Shown here in pieces: positions 39,495-48,625 of a stretch of 64,000 nucleotides of DNA (position 1 is the first letter of the stretch; every line of letters starts with the position of its first letter). Source of the DNA: a virus; the IMG/VR virus record IMGVR_UViG_3300010412_000005, positions 12,546 through 76,545 of that record; one strand, given 5' to 3'. The notes beneath the pieces were generated by a model. That model saw only the letters and a list, made by a program, of their open reading frames with translations, made no database searches and was not told where the DNA came from. The position numbers and the translations under genes are program-made.

Positions 39495-39766
39495 GACATT
39501 ATCTCCACTGTGCTTGGCGGTTCTCTCCTGTTAAGCAGCTGGATCAGCCTCTGCAGTTTGCGTAGATCTGCTCCAACTTTTGATTGCTTGCCGGTTCCCC
39601 AGCACTCATCGCATGTATCCTCAGTAAGAGCAGCCCCGCCAATACCCTCCATATATGTGGAGGAACTAGCGTAGATCTTGTTTCCTGATCCACCGCATTG
39701 AGGACAAACGTCCCAGGTCTGGATGCTCCTTAGAGAGAGCATCCTCTCATAGACTTCATCTGTCAT
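39299..39766 (-). CDS. hypothetical protein with DnaJ-like Zn-finger motifs
   Basis: CPQCGGSG and CDECWGTG. Confidence 0.6.
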   Translation of the reverse strand: MTDEVYERMLSLRSIQTWDVCPQCGGSGNKIYASSSTYMEGIGGAALTEDTCDECWGTGKQSKVGADLRKLQRLIQLLNRREPPSTVEIMSWLKSIRPQNRIRPMSAEGSQAQAKPTESSPAQATSTPKKRGSTRKKKKAPSRKAAPRLTMPSNA

Positions 39767-39775
39767 GTTACCTCC

Positions 39776-40690
39776 TTATTCTTCAGGGAACATTTCGTCT
39801 GATCCGCCGTCTGGTGCAGGATTCGACGAAGGAGGCTCTGCCCCTGGAGGGGCATCGTTGGGGTCTGGCTCCTCTTGCAGTTGTCGTCTGGCTCTTTTCT
39901 TCGGAGCCGGTGCTGCAGGTGGTGTGGTCTGCTCTTTCGTGAGATCGCTCTCCCCTGGCTCAGGAGTCTCAACACTTGCAGGGATGTCGATTGCTCCCTC
40001 GATCTCGGCTGCTCTGCTGACAACCTCACGCACGTCAGGCGACAGGTCAGCAGTCTTAGCCAGCTGTTTGAGTGCTGTCTTGGCCCACATTGCTTCAGGC
40101 CATTGGACCCAAGGGCTGGATGCGGACGATGCACCACGCGCCGACTTCTTGACTCTCTCGACGTAGTCAGCATCAACCCACACGAAATCCTCGCCGTCCT
40201 CACTGTTCTTTTTGTAGGACACGTAGGCTACGGCACCGATCATCTTGCCGCGATCACCGCCAATGCGCGGCTTGTGAACCATGTGCCTGTTCGAGCCAAA
40301 GCTGATATCAAACTCATCATTCGCACAGACAGTGGCTGCATACACGTTGGTAACGGTTGCGCTACGGCGCATCATCTTCAGGTAACCCTGGTATCCGATC
40401 ATCAACTGGCACTCGTAGTTGGGACCATTGCGGAACGGAATCAGGTAGGCTTCACCTGTGATTGAATCAGGGACAAGGCGGATCTGTGCGAGATCCATCA
40501 TGCATTGCATCAGGCTGTCCTGAGTGCAGCGATACAGCAGTGGGTTCTTGCGCATGGCTGTCAGCGCCACACGAACGAAGAAGTCTGCTGGTATTTGAGA
40601 GCCAAGGGCTTTCGAAAGTTCACCCTTCTGCCGGTCAAGCAGAGCGATGATGTCCTTGGGTTTGGTAGTGGTAACTGCGGTTGTCGTCAT
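39776..40690 (-). CDS. recT: RecT-family single-strand annealing protein
   Basis: FFVRVALTAMRKNPLL.CTQDSL, EAYLIPF, CQLMIGYQG, SPWVQWPEAMWAKT; acidic tail. Confidence 0.92.
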   Translation of the reverse strand: MTTTAVTTTKPKDIIALLDRQKGELSKALGSQIPADFFVRVALTAMRKNPLLYRCTQDSLMQCMMDLAQIRLVPDSITGEAYLIPFRNGPNYECQLMIGYQGYLKMMRRSATVTNVYAATVCANDEFDISFGSNRHMVHKPRIGGDRGKMIGAVAYVSYKKNSEDGEDFVWVDADYVERVKKSARGASSASSPWVQWPEAMWAKTALKQLAKTADLSPDVREVVSRAAEIEGAIDIPASVETPEPGESDLTKEQTTPPAAPAPKKRARRQLQEEPDPNDAPPGAEPPSSNPAPDGGSDEMFPEE

Positions 40691-40723
40691 AGGTGTTTGT
40701 TCTGACTCCAGGTTTTCTGTTTG

Positions 40724-41041
40724 TCAAGCAGCGCCATCACTGGATTTCTGACGCTCTTGTTTGCATTGTTTTGCAAATTCTGTGGCCATCGTAAACAGGG
40801 GATCAACCTTCTGTTTTCCTGCGAATGTGTTTCCAAGTGCTACGTCTTCATGGAACCACATCAACCATACATCAGCATCGTTTGGCATTCGATTCCACTG
40901 CTTGTAGAACTTACCAATACGAAGGCCGAGTAAGTAGTATAACATGCATACGTTCTCGTCAGACATGCCATCGCCAACAAGTCCCAATACCTTCAGCAGT
41001 ATCTCAGGACTAGATAGTTCAGTTGTGTTCTGGGTGGTCAT
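40724..41041 (-). CDS. hypothetical protein
   Basis: 105 aa in a tightly packed operon. Confidence 0.55.
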   Translation of the reverse strand: MTTQNTTELSSPEILLKVLGLVGDGMSDENVCMLYYLLGLRIGKFYKQWNRMPNDADVWLMWFHEDVALGNTFAGKQKVDPLFTMATEFAKQCKQERQKSSDGAA

Positions 41042-41459
41042 GATCCTTTATGGCTGTGTCGTCATTGGAGGCGAATACAACTCCGACTTCATTAAGGTTA
41101 ATAGTCTTGCCTACCTTCTTTCCTGTTTTCTTAGCTATCACTTCAGAAAACTTCTTCATGACTACTTGCTTGCAGTCGTCGCAGTCATCAACGAAGTGAG
41201 CATGCAGACAGTTGCCTTGCTCAGTGTAGTGAACATGAAGTTCATCACCTTTGTCTACCAAACTCTGGCACACGTAGACTGCAAATGATTCATCCTCGAT
41301 GTTATGAGCAAGCAAAGAGATCTTGCACGCGAACTCAGCTGGATACTTATCCGCTTTCTCTCCAAGCTTTTCCTTAATCCTTGCCATGTCTTCGTCAGAT
41401 GGTTTCTTTACTGCGAAGACAACATAGTATTTGTGCGGTTTAGTTTTTACTTCCTTCAT
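41019..41459 (-). CDS. hypothetical protein
   Basis: 146 aa; CLHAHFVDDCDDC possible metal site. Confidence 0.6.
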   Translation of the reverse strand: MKEVKTKPHKYYVVFAVKKPSDEDMARIKEKLGEKADKYPAEFACKISLLAHNIEDESFAVYVCQSLVDKGDELHVHYTEQGNCLHAHFVDDCDDCKQVVMKKFSEVIAKKTGKKVGKTINLNEVGVVFASNDDTAIKDHDHPEHN

Positions 41460-41877
41460 CTGTTGGTCTTTCTCTTCCGAGTATTTCGTCCATTTTGTCT
41501 TCAGGTATGTAGATAACCTTGCCTCGGAAATCAGGGTTTATCTTTTCGTTAGCAGCAAGCGTGAGCATCACGCCTCGTGTGTCGCTGTAGAAAGCAGTGT
41601 GTCCTGCTTGAATCATCTTCCAATGCTTAACGCAAAGGCCGCGCCTAAACATGTGCTGACTCGCATCAGCTATCTGACCGGGCGCTATGATGTGATCTCT
41701 GAATGAGGATGTCTCCCCTGTTGGTTCAGCGCATATCAGACACACGTGAATCAGCATGTCTGGTGTGGGCATCTTTGGTGTTGATTCGGGTATGTTACGA
41801 GCCATCTGCCCGTCATACGCCCACACAATGCGTGTGTCAATCTGGTGTGTCAGGATTATCAAGAGTCGACGTCTCAC
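41440..41877 (-). CDS. hypothetical Zn-binding protein
   Basis: CLIC...LCVKH; start probably internal. Confidence 0.55.
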   Translation of the reverse strand: MRRRLLIILTHQIDTRIVWAYDGQMARNIPESTPKMPTPDMLIHVCLICAEPTGETSSFRDHIIAPGQIADASQHMFRRGLCVKHWKMIQAGHTAFYSDTRGVMLTLAANEKINPDFRGKVIYIPEDKMDEILGRERPTDEGSKN

Positions 41878-42085
41878 CGAAGTCGACGATCTTGGTTCCC
41901 TTGTCTGCGAGCCTCATTACAACGAAGCACTCAGCTTGTGCATCTAGCTTTTTCTGGATTGCTCTTGCCTGTCGTGCAGCATCCACATAGTTCTGCGCCT
42001 TGACTGCAATCTCCCACGTCACAATGAACTCTTCATCTGGATGCCCGTTTCTTTTGAATCGTTCTCCGTTGAGGTAGTCGATCAT
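41837..42085 (-). CDS. hypothetical protein
   Basis: 82 aa, VTWEIAVKA..VDAARQA motif; ATGA coupling. Confidence 0.6.
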   Translation of the reverse strand: MIDYLNGERFKRNGHPDEEFIVTWEIAVKAQNYVDAARQARAIQKKLDAQAECFVVMRLADKGTKIVDFGETSTLDNPDTPD

Positions 42086-42588
42086 ACCTTAAACTGATTA
42101 GATCCTGGTGGATTGCCCATGCGTTTCTTGATCGCATCTGGAATGCTAGATGAATCAACTGGCACCTTTTTGATGTTAATGAATGGAGGAGGATCTTCTC
42201 TCAGCTTATCGAAGAAGTCCTTGATTGAACACCAGTCATACTCAGTGAAGTGAGCAGTTGTCTTCCACCTGCTACACCAGTTGGCTACGACGTCGATTGC
42301 TTTCTTGATAGCATCATCACGCGAAGCCTCCGATCTCTTCATCACGTTGTTAGACGCCAACCTCATGTCTTTACTGTCGAATACGTTGTAATCTAAGTAT
42401 AGCCGTATTCTCCAGTGCATAGTGTAGTTGGTGTCATCCTCAACCAGTATTGCTGTGATATTGGCAACAGGTCTTTTGTCAGGTCTGTCGCTAAGCTCAA
42501 GAAACCACATGCCTCCCATCTTGTAGCTCGCCTTCAGTTTGACACCTGCGAATACCATCGTGTCTCGTTGTCTTTTTGCATCAGCCAT
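42082..42588 (-). CDS. hypothetical protein
   Basis: 168 aa coupled ORF. Confidence 0.6.
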   Translation of the reverse strand: MADAKRQRDTMVFAGVKLKASYKMGGMWFLELSDRPDKRPVANITAILVEDDTNYTMHWRIRLYLDYNVFDSKDMRLASNNVMKRSEASRDDAIKKAIDVVANWCSRWKTTAHFTEYDWCSIKDFFDKLREDPPPFINIKKVPVDSSSIPDAIKKRMGNPPGSNQFKV

Positions 42589-43273
42589 TAGGTCTATCTT
42601 TCTTTTCTGCCGCTTGGTTTATTACTTGTTCTGAGTGCTGCTTGTATAGCTGGCAGATCTTGACGGCAGTATCTACCTTGCACTCCATACTTATGCGTAT
42701 GCTTCCACCTTTGCATACAACTGTGATGTGCTCTCCGTTGGGTAGCCGGTCGTAGAACATGTATCTACCCATTGAGGATGTAGTTGTCGTAATTCCGCAT
42801 TCAGCTTTCAATAGATCAATCTCTTGAAGTGAAGCGCGGTGATTGCTTTCAGCTGACAGCATGCGCGTAACGCAGTTGTCAAACTGCTGCAGATACTCAG
42901 GCAGGAACCGTTTACGAATTGCATCTGCGATTCGTATTATAGGCTTCATCCTGCTTGATGTTATGCTCCTTGGAACATCACTGATGTCTGGAGCAAATCC
43001 AACTTCGAGTTCTTCAGACGTTGGATACTCTCCATATATCCTAACATGTGTCGGCTTGTTCTCCATCACCAGGATGCAGATAACCGGGTTGACTCCTTTG
43101 ATCGCAGCGTTGAGCTGGATCTTGCACGCTATAGGATAGTGATACTCATGATAGCGTGGATTGATTGGCAGCACTGTGCCGTTAATGATTGGTGCAAGGT
43201 CTTTGCACAGTTGCTGTGTTGCTTCTATTAGTATTGTAGCTTTTGATCTCCTTTCATCGAGTGACTCATTCAT
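42581..43273 (-). CDS. hypothetical protein
   Basis: 230 aa coupled ORF. Confidence 0.65.
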   Translation of the reverse strand: MNESLDERRSKATILIEATQQLCKDLAPIINGTVLPINPRYHEYHYPIACKIQLNAAIKGVNPVICILVMENKPTHVRIYGEYPTSEELEVGFAPDISDVPRSITSSRMKPIIRIADAIRKRFLPEYLQQFDNCVTRMLSAESNHRASLQEIDLLKAECGITTTTSSMGRYMFYDRLPNGEHITVVCKGGSIRISMECKVDTAVKICQLYKQHSEQVINQAAEKKDRPNG

Positions 43274-43533
43274 GCAAACTTCTTTCCAAGTGTTCGCTTG
43301 AGCTTTGGCATGATTTGTCCAGCGCAGTTTCTGACCACAAGCTCAGCGGTTTTGCTTTCGCCATCACGATACGACTTCCTCTTTATCTCCGCTTTCTTCA
43401 AGCGATAGTTAACCTGACTCTCAGACAGGTTCGTTCGTGCAGATATAGCTCTGCTATGCCATCCAATGTCACCAAGGAATGCGCAGAACAGGTCGTTATC
43501 ATCCATGAACGTGATCTTGGTCTTCTTCATCAT
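43270..43533 (-). CDS. probable HTH protein
   Basis: SRAISARTNLSESQVNYRL. Confidence 0.6.
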   Translation of the reverse strand: MMKKTKITFMDDNDLFCAFLGDIGWHSRAISARTNLSESQVNYRLKKAEIKRKSYRDGESKTAELVVRNCAGQIMPKLKRTLGKKFA

Positions 43534-43706
43534 AGCGTCTTGCCTTTCGATGGTGCTGCGTTCACGACTGCACGAATGGCAGCCTCTGCTCCACGCTCGA
43601 CACGATCAAGTGTCGCCTTGCTAACCTGTGTCCAGGTATGAGCACGCGTTTGCTTGGCGTATTCGAGCACTCGCTTCTTAACTGCAGCTCGATTGATTAG
43701 GCTCAT
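43530..43706 (-). CDS. 58-aa probable histone-fold protein (absent from ORF track)
   Basis: Hand translation MSLINRAAVKKRVLEYAKQTRAHTWTQVSKATLDRVERGAEAAIRAVVNAAPSKGKTL; ATGA overlaps with both neighbours. Confidence 0.6.
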   Translation of the reverse strand: MSLINRAAVKKRVLEYAKQTRAHTWTQVSKATLDRVERGAEAAIRAVVNAAPSKGKTL

Positions 43707-43963
43707 CGACTCCTCATTCGGTTGGCCAGCGTCATTCCCCTGGTGAGAACGTGCAGGTTCATGCCACAGCTGGGACAGAAGTTCGCAATGACAGTCTGTT
43801 CAGGCTCGTCACCCTGAACAATCTCTTTGCTTCTCCTTCCACCGCCACGCGTTGTCATGCCTCCATGCACGCGTGACGTGTGCATAGCTAGAGCCTGCTT
43901 GGCTGACTTGATGTTGGTCTTGTGGAACTTCTTACCGCATTTACCGCATGTAGTTGTTGTCAT
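43703..43963 (-). CDS. C2H2 zinc finger / Zn-ribbon protein
   Basis: CGKCGKKF...LAMHTSRVH and FCPSCG. Confidence 0.7.
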   Translation of the reverse strand: MTTTTCGKCGKKFHKTNIKSAKQALAMHTSRVHGGMTTRGGGRRSKEIVQGDEPEQTVIANFCPSCGMNLHVLTRGMTLANRMRSR

Positions 43964-44018
43964 TGTTTTCCTTGTGATTGCTCGGGTTCGTTGAGATCAG
44001 AGTTGAGCAGGCTCTGGT

Positions 44019-44942
44019 CTAATCGGATTCGATGTCGTCGTTGATGAACTGGCGAGACGGGCGAATGGTAATCATCTTGTCGATCTCACCCTTGAGATCA
44101 GAGAACTGAGATGCCATGCGCTCTCTCATTCCGTCATCACCACGCATCATTTCACTGAACGCTTTGGGATCGTCCACGTCTGACATGACAGACTCAGCCT
44201 TCTTAACAAGCTCTGCCAAGTCTTTATCATTCATGATGTTCCTTGCATTGAACGTCTCAAGGAACTCTCTGATGTTTTCAATAGTCGAAGACTTGAAGGT
44301 CTTCGCTTTCTCGCCTGGAGCGACGGTCAGTCGCTCGACAGCATGGTCGATGAGTTTGGAGAATGACATGCGTAGTGTCACAAGGATCTTCTCCTGCGCA
44401 TCCAACCATATCTGCTCACTCTTCTTCTTGGCTGCGAGGTAGAGTTCTTTCGGAAGATTCTCAGGCACGCCAAACGAGACGGGTAGCCATGTGAACCCGA
44501 ACTTAACCTCCATGATGTTCGCCTCTGGATAATCACCAGGGCTGTAGTAAGGACCAAGCTCCTGTCTGTCCAAGTATTCGATGGACTTGATGTCAGCGCA
44601 CAGGTCAGGAACCATCACAGACTTTAGCGTCTGCTGGTCCTGTGTGATGCGTGAGTTGATGGAGTCATACTCGTTGAGTTTGACCATGAAAATGCCAACC
44701 TTGAAGAAGGATGGCATTGACCTGCTTTGGACCCAGGCTTTCGTCTCGTTCTGGAACTGAACGATGCGGTCGTATTGCTTCGATGTAGTCAACCGCACAG
44801 TCTTTCGCAGGCGTTTGGCATTGACCTTGTCACGGTCTGCCTCCTCCTGTGATACCTTGACTGTCTTGCGGTTTGACCAGCGCTGCACACTGAAGTTCAG
44901 AGCGCAGCAATCCTTGAATAGTTCTACACTGAGTTGCTTCAT
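44019..44942 (-). CDS. DUF3150-like helical protein
   Basis: 307 aa; WSNRKT, SRSMPS, KTFKSSTIENIREFL...NIMNDKDL resemble DUF3150 proteins found near AAA ATPases. Confidence 0.5.
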   Translation of the reverse strand: MKQLSVELFKDCCALNFSVQRWSNRKTVKVSQEEADRDKVNAKRLRKTVRLTTSKQYDRIVQFQNETKAWVQSRSMPSFFKVGIFMVKLNEYDSINSRITQDQQTLKSVMVPDLCADIKSIEYLDRQELGPYYSPGDYPEANIMEVKFGFTWLPVSFGVPENLPKELYLAAKKKSEQIWLDAQEKILVTLRMSFSKLIDHAVERLTVAPGEKAKTFKSSTIENIREFLETFNARNIMNDKDLAELVKKAESVMSDVDDPKAFSEMMRGDDGMRERMASQFSDLKGEIDKMITIRPSRQFINDDIESD

Positions 44943-45232
44943 TCTTGCCTTGTTGATTCGGCACGTTGCCGAGAGGTTATGTCTAAGACCCAGCCCATAG
45001 CCTTTATGACAGTCTCAAATGGAGCGTCACCAGGACCAGTAAGCCGCATCACTACTCTATTCTTCTTATCGAACTGATACACTGTGTTTGATCGTGGAAC
45101 ACCGTAGACACCCATGTCTTTGAGAATACTGATCAACCCTTGCGTCCATGTGATCGCTCGATCCATTCCTTCTGGTGTGTTGATGTTCCATTCCTTCATC
45201 ATATAGTTCCTTCCTCTCCGAATGTTGGGCAT
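44939..45232 (-). CDS. hypothetical protein
   Basis: 97 aa coupled ORF. Confidence 0.55.
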   Translation of the reverse strand: MPNIRRGRNYMMKEWNINTPEGMDRAITWTQGLISILKDMGVYGVPRSNTVYQFDKKNRVVMRLTGPGDAPFETVIKAMGWVLDITSRQRAESTRQE

Positions 45233-45591
45233 GGATCTGCATCAGCCCGATGCCATAGATGCAGACAGTTCTTGGCGATGTTCACATGCACCCGTGCCTT
45301 TGGCCAGATGCTGATCGCCATACGTTCGTCTCCAATGAAGACGCGTTTGATCTCCTTCATCTCTTGATAGGATGGGAGTCTGTCCTTGTGGCTCACCGAT
45401 ACGTGAATCCATTCCTGGCCATCGCAATACTCAATGAACTCCTCGTTGTCAGGGATGGTGATGATAACTCGGAGCGGCAGTGTCTTGTGTTCAAAGACCT
45501 TGCCTCGTGGACCCCAGTCTCCGAGTTGTTTCCAATACTGCCGCATCTCTGGTGGTTGCGGCAGGAAACTCTCGACGCTCGTGTATATCAT
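45199..45591 (-). CDS. conserved phage hypothetical protein
   Basis: WIHVSVS..RLPSYQEM..IKRVF...HVNIAKNCLHLW, a widespread phage motif. Confidence 0.75.
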   Translation of the reverse strand: MIYTSVESFLPQPPEMRQYWKQLGDWGPRGKVFEHKTLPLRVIITIPDNEEFIEYCDGQEWIHVSVSHKDRLPSYQEMKEIKRVFIGDERMAISIWPKARVHVNIAKNCLHLWHRADADPCPTFGEEGTI

Positions 45592-45794
45592 GCGCGGAGT
45601 TTCTGCTTCTGCTTCTGGCTGCGGTTGCCTTGCTTCTGCCTGCGAACAGGACCACCCATTCCTTTGCTGATCTCAGCAAGCAACTGCTCAGCCGTTGCGT
45701 GGTTTGCACCGCTGATCTTGTCAGTGGTAAACTTCATGCTGCCATCTGCCAGCATTTCGAACTCGATCTCGTCGTATTGTCCTTCGTCTTGCAT
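45588..45794 (-). CDS. DUF2997-like small protein
   Basis: EIEFEMLADGSMKFTTDKISG pattern; position after AAA and DUF1257-like genes. Confidence 0.55.
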   Translation of the reverse strand: MQDEGQYDEIEFEMLADGSMKFTTDKISGANHATAEQLLAEISKGMGGPVRRQKQGNRSQKQKQKLRA

Positions 45795-45802
45795 GTTATT
45801 CC

Positions 45803-46234
45803 TTAGTGTTTACCCCAGCAGAACCCAGTGAAACCGCCTTTGTCTTCCTGCTTTCCAAACTGCGAACCGAAGCCAGTGCCGATTCGCTTACGCAGTTTGC
45901 CTTTGCCAGTCTTCTGGTCATAAGAGAACTCCCAACCAGGAAGACTGGTGACCCTCTTCTTCATCATCTCCCAGATGTAGCTACGCTTGATCTCTCTCAT
46001 CATAGCTTCATCACCCTGGTCTCGATACCACCGAAGGGAGTTAGGAACTCTCCTCCTGTCATACGTTATCACGCCAGTCCTCTGGTTGTAATTAACTCCA
46101 TCGCCATAGACTGACTTGTTGACGTGATCGACAGACACGCTTCGCCAGCCATCTTTCTCAAGAGATCTGGCAAGTATGTCTAGGTCGAGTGCTAACATGT
46201 TCAGCTCATTGAGCTGCACCGTATCACATGGCAT
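45803..46234 (-). CDS. DUF1257/Ycf35-like protein
   Basis: DLDILARSLEKDGW...IKRSY...GWEF layout and synteny. Confidence 0.45.
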   Translation of the reverse strand: MPCDTVQLNELNMLALDLDILARSLEKDGWRSVSVDHVNKSVYGDGVNYNQRTGVITYDRRRVPNSLRWYRDQGDEAMMREIKRSYIWEMMKKRVTSLPGWEFSYDQKTGKGKLRKRIGTGFGSQFGKQEDKGGFTGFCWGKH

Positions 46235-46239
46235 AACTG

Positions 46240-47892
46240 TTACTCCTTGCTGGATGGTTTAGTGAAACCGAATAGAGTTCCAGCCGCCTCCATCACGGTT
46301 TGTTTAGCCTGAGAACTACTGTTCCCAGGATATTGGTAAGGACCCTCGTATGATGCGCTGATGTAGTTGCCGTGCGCAGACTTGCGAAGTGATTCTATCC
46401 TGTCACGCGCAGAGATGGCAACAGGCACAACAAACGAACTCGCTTGCTTGAGCGAGCACCCTAGATTGTAAGCATTGAAGCAGCACTGCTTTATTTCAGC
46501 ACCAGTCCAGCGCTCGTCAATGAACCCAAGCTCCTGCTCAGGGATCTCGTATTGCTTGCGGTAGATGTCCCAGATCATCTGCCGCTCATCATCATCAGGA
46601 AGGTCGAAGAAGAATGTGCCGAGACCGAAGCGGCGTCTCAACTCAGGAGGAAGAGCAGTAATCGAGTTACAGGTTGCAATGAAGATGATGTTTGATCTCG
46701 CCATAGAAAGGATGACTTGCAATCCGTAACGCAAGCGTGCCTCAGACTCGCCAACGTAGCTCGCTTTCATGCCTGCGAAGTCAAGCTGTGCTGTCAGGAT
46801 GCCAGCCTCGTTGCCGGTAGCCTTGGCCATCGCTGACTTGGCTGCACCTGGAGGACCAATAAAGATCATGCCGGTCACGTCGTTGTCCTGCATCCAACTG
46901 AGCAGATACCCAGTCAGTGATGTCGTGACACCGCTCATGTCTGTGCCGGTGCCAGCAAAGTGTTTCTCGATCTCGTCGATAAAGACCACAAGCCTTGGCC
47001 TACGCTTACCATTGATCAGCAGCTTCATGAATGTCTTGATGTTGCTGCAACCTCCGATGGTAGAGAATGTCTCTGCACCTGCGAACACAGACAGGCCAGG
47101 GGTTCGGTTCAGCTCCATGATCTTCTGGCTACGCAGCAATCCCATCTCAACCTTTCCCTTGCGTATGCTGAGACTGAACACCTGCTCGACACCGAACGCA
47201 TTCAAGCCAGTAAGCGTGTCGACAATGGAGTCAACGTCCTCCAACTTAGGAGTATTGTCTGCGCCTGCATGAGCGTCTTGCCACGTGGATTCCGCAATCT
47301 CGGCAATCTCATCGTCGGTAGGTAGCGTCTGCCTCAGCGTGAGAACATCGCTCTTGAGTTCTCTTGGTAACTGGAATGAATTGCCCATCATGATGAGCAT
47401 GCACGAGCGAGCCTTGAACAGATCTCTCAGGTTCCAGATTGCTTGTTTGATACCCTCATTCTCCATGAACCAATGAGCGTTATACATCACGAACGTGGTG
47501 TTCTTTGGAGCAACAGTAAGGAAGTCCAGGCATGCACCAGGAGCTTGAGTTGCTGACTTGACGTTGTTGTCGAACGCAAGAACCTCACCTTTATTGTTCA
47601 TGTCAGGTGGTTGGATCTCCTGCCCAGTATAGGCGACAAGCATCTGACACAGCAGCTGCCTGCCAGTGCTGCCCTTGATGCTAAGACATGACAGACCGTT
47701 GCACAGGTCCCACTTGAACAGAACAGGAGCATCGCTGATTGTCTCATACAATCTGGCGATGTTCATCAGACTGTCGCGTGGATCTGGAGTCTCAAGTGCC
47801 ACAATAGGAACACCGCAGTTGCGTGCATACCTAAGTGTGATCATCCACTGGGACTGTTTCTTTTTACTTTCCTTCGGTTTCGCTTTGACCAT
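46240..47892 (-). CDS. Ycf46-like AAA+ ATPase with swapped Walker A/B order
   Basis: FSTIGG, VFIDEIEK, LLSWMQD, GPPGAAKS, YVGESE, IATCN...LPPELRRR, FFFDLP. Confidence 0.88.
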   Translation of the reverse strand: MVKAKPKESKKKQSQWMITLRYARNCGVPIVALETPDPRDSLMNIARLYETISDAPVLFKWDLCNGLSCLSIKGSTGRQLLCQMLVAYTGQEIQPPDMNNKGEVLAFDNNVKSATQAPGACLDFLTVAPKNTTFVMYNAHWFMENEGIKQAIWNLRDLFKARSCMLIMMGNSFQLPRELKSDVLTLRQTLPTDDEIAEIAESTWQDAHAGADNTPKLEDVDSIVDTLTGLNAFGVEQVFSLSIRKGKVEMGLLRSQKIMELNRTPGLSVFAGAETFSTIGGCSNIKTFMKLLINGKRRPRLVVFIDEIEKHFAGTGTDMSGVTTSLTGYLLSWMQDNDVTGMIFIGPPGAAKSAMAKATGNEAGILTAQLDFAGMKASYVGESEARLRYGLQVILSMARSNIIFIATCNSITALPPELRRRFGLGTFFFDLPDDDERQMIWDIYRKQYEIPEQELGFIDERWTGAEIKQCCFNAYNLGCSLKQASSFVVPVAISARDRIESLRKSAHGNYISASYEGPYQYPGNSSSQAKQTVMEAAGTLFGFTKPSSKE

Positions 47893-48112
47893 GTTGTTTT
47901 CCTTTTTCTTCGTCGGGTTGTTGTTGTTCGATCTGCTCAGCGACGAACCTAAGCAGCTTCGGCAGCATGAACACGACTTGAGGGTCGTAAGTGGTCACGC
48001 TAAATCCACTTCCTTTGGAGCCATCAATGACTATCAGTAAGGTTCCACGCGCACGTTGATCCATGAAGATCTGCGTGCATTCAGGATCATATTTTCCAGG
48101 TCCTAGTGCCAT
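47864..48112 (-). CDS. hypothetical phage protein
   Basis: 82 aa, GPGKYD...G.KGSGFSV. Confidence 0.65.
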   Translation of the reverse strand: MALGPGKYDPECTQIFMDQRARGTLLIVIDGSKGSGFSVTTYDPQVVFMLPKLLRFVAEQIEQQQPDEEKGKQHGQSETEGK

Positions 48113-48115
48113 AGC

Positions 48116-48625
48116 TTAATCCAGTTGCCAATCCGCCTTGGCTTGCGTTTCGTTAGGGTAAAAGACTTCGGCAATGATGTTGCCGGGTATGTCTTTGATA
48201 CCAATGATCAGTCCGCTGATGCCAAACTTGCCAATGAATCTGGCAAATCCACTGCCGTATAGTGTGGCATAGCGGTCCTGTGTTTTGAGATGAACACCGA
48301 TAGTTGCTTCATCTCCCCAGTCATCTTGTGTCTCAGGCACACGCTGGCCTGGATCTTCAAGATAAATGCTTTTCCATTGCTCGAAGCCGATAACTGTCAG
48401 CCCATCGGGTGCTGACAACACGTTTCTTGCTTCGTATGAGTATCCGATGCTGTTGAAGTAGCTGTTCATCAGCCGTGCACACTCCTCTGCCTTCTCTCGT
48501 GACATGATACATGGAGATGGCATTCCACTATTACCGTCGACACAAGCGAACGGTCGAACCTTACCGGGTGGATCTCCAACCTGATGGAGATACCACTTGT
48601 CGTTGGCTTTAATTGGATTGCTCAT
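48116..48625 (-). CDS. hypothetical protein
   Basis: Start at ATGA overlap 48625. Confidence 0.6.
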   Translation of the reverse strand: MSNPIKANDKWYLHQVGDPPGKVRPFACVDGNSGMPSPCIMSREKAEECARLMNSYFNSIGYSYEARNVLSAPDGLTVIGFEQWKSIYLEDPGQRVPETQDDWGDEATIGVHLKTQDRYATLYGSGFARFIGKFGISGLIIGIKDIPGNIIAEVFYPNETQAKADWQLD

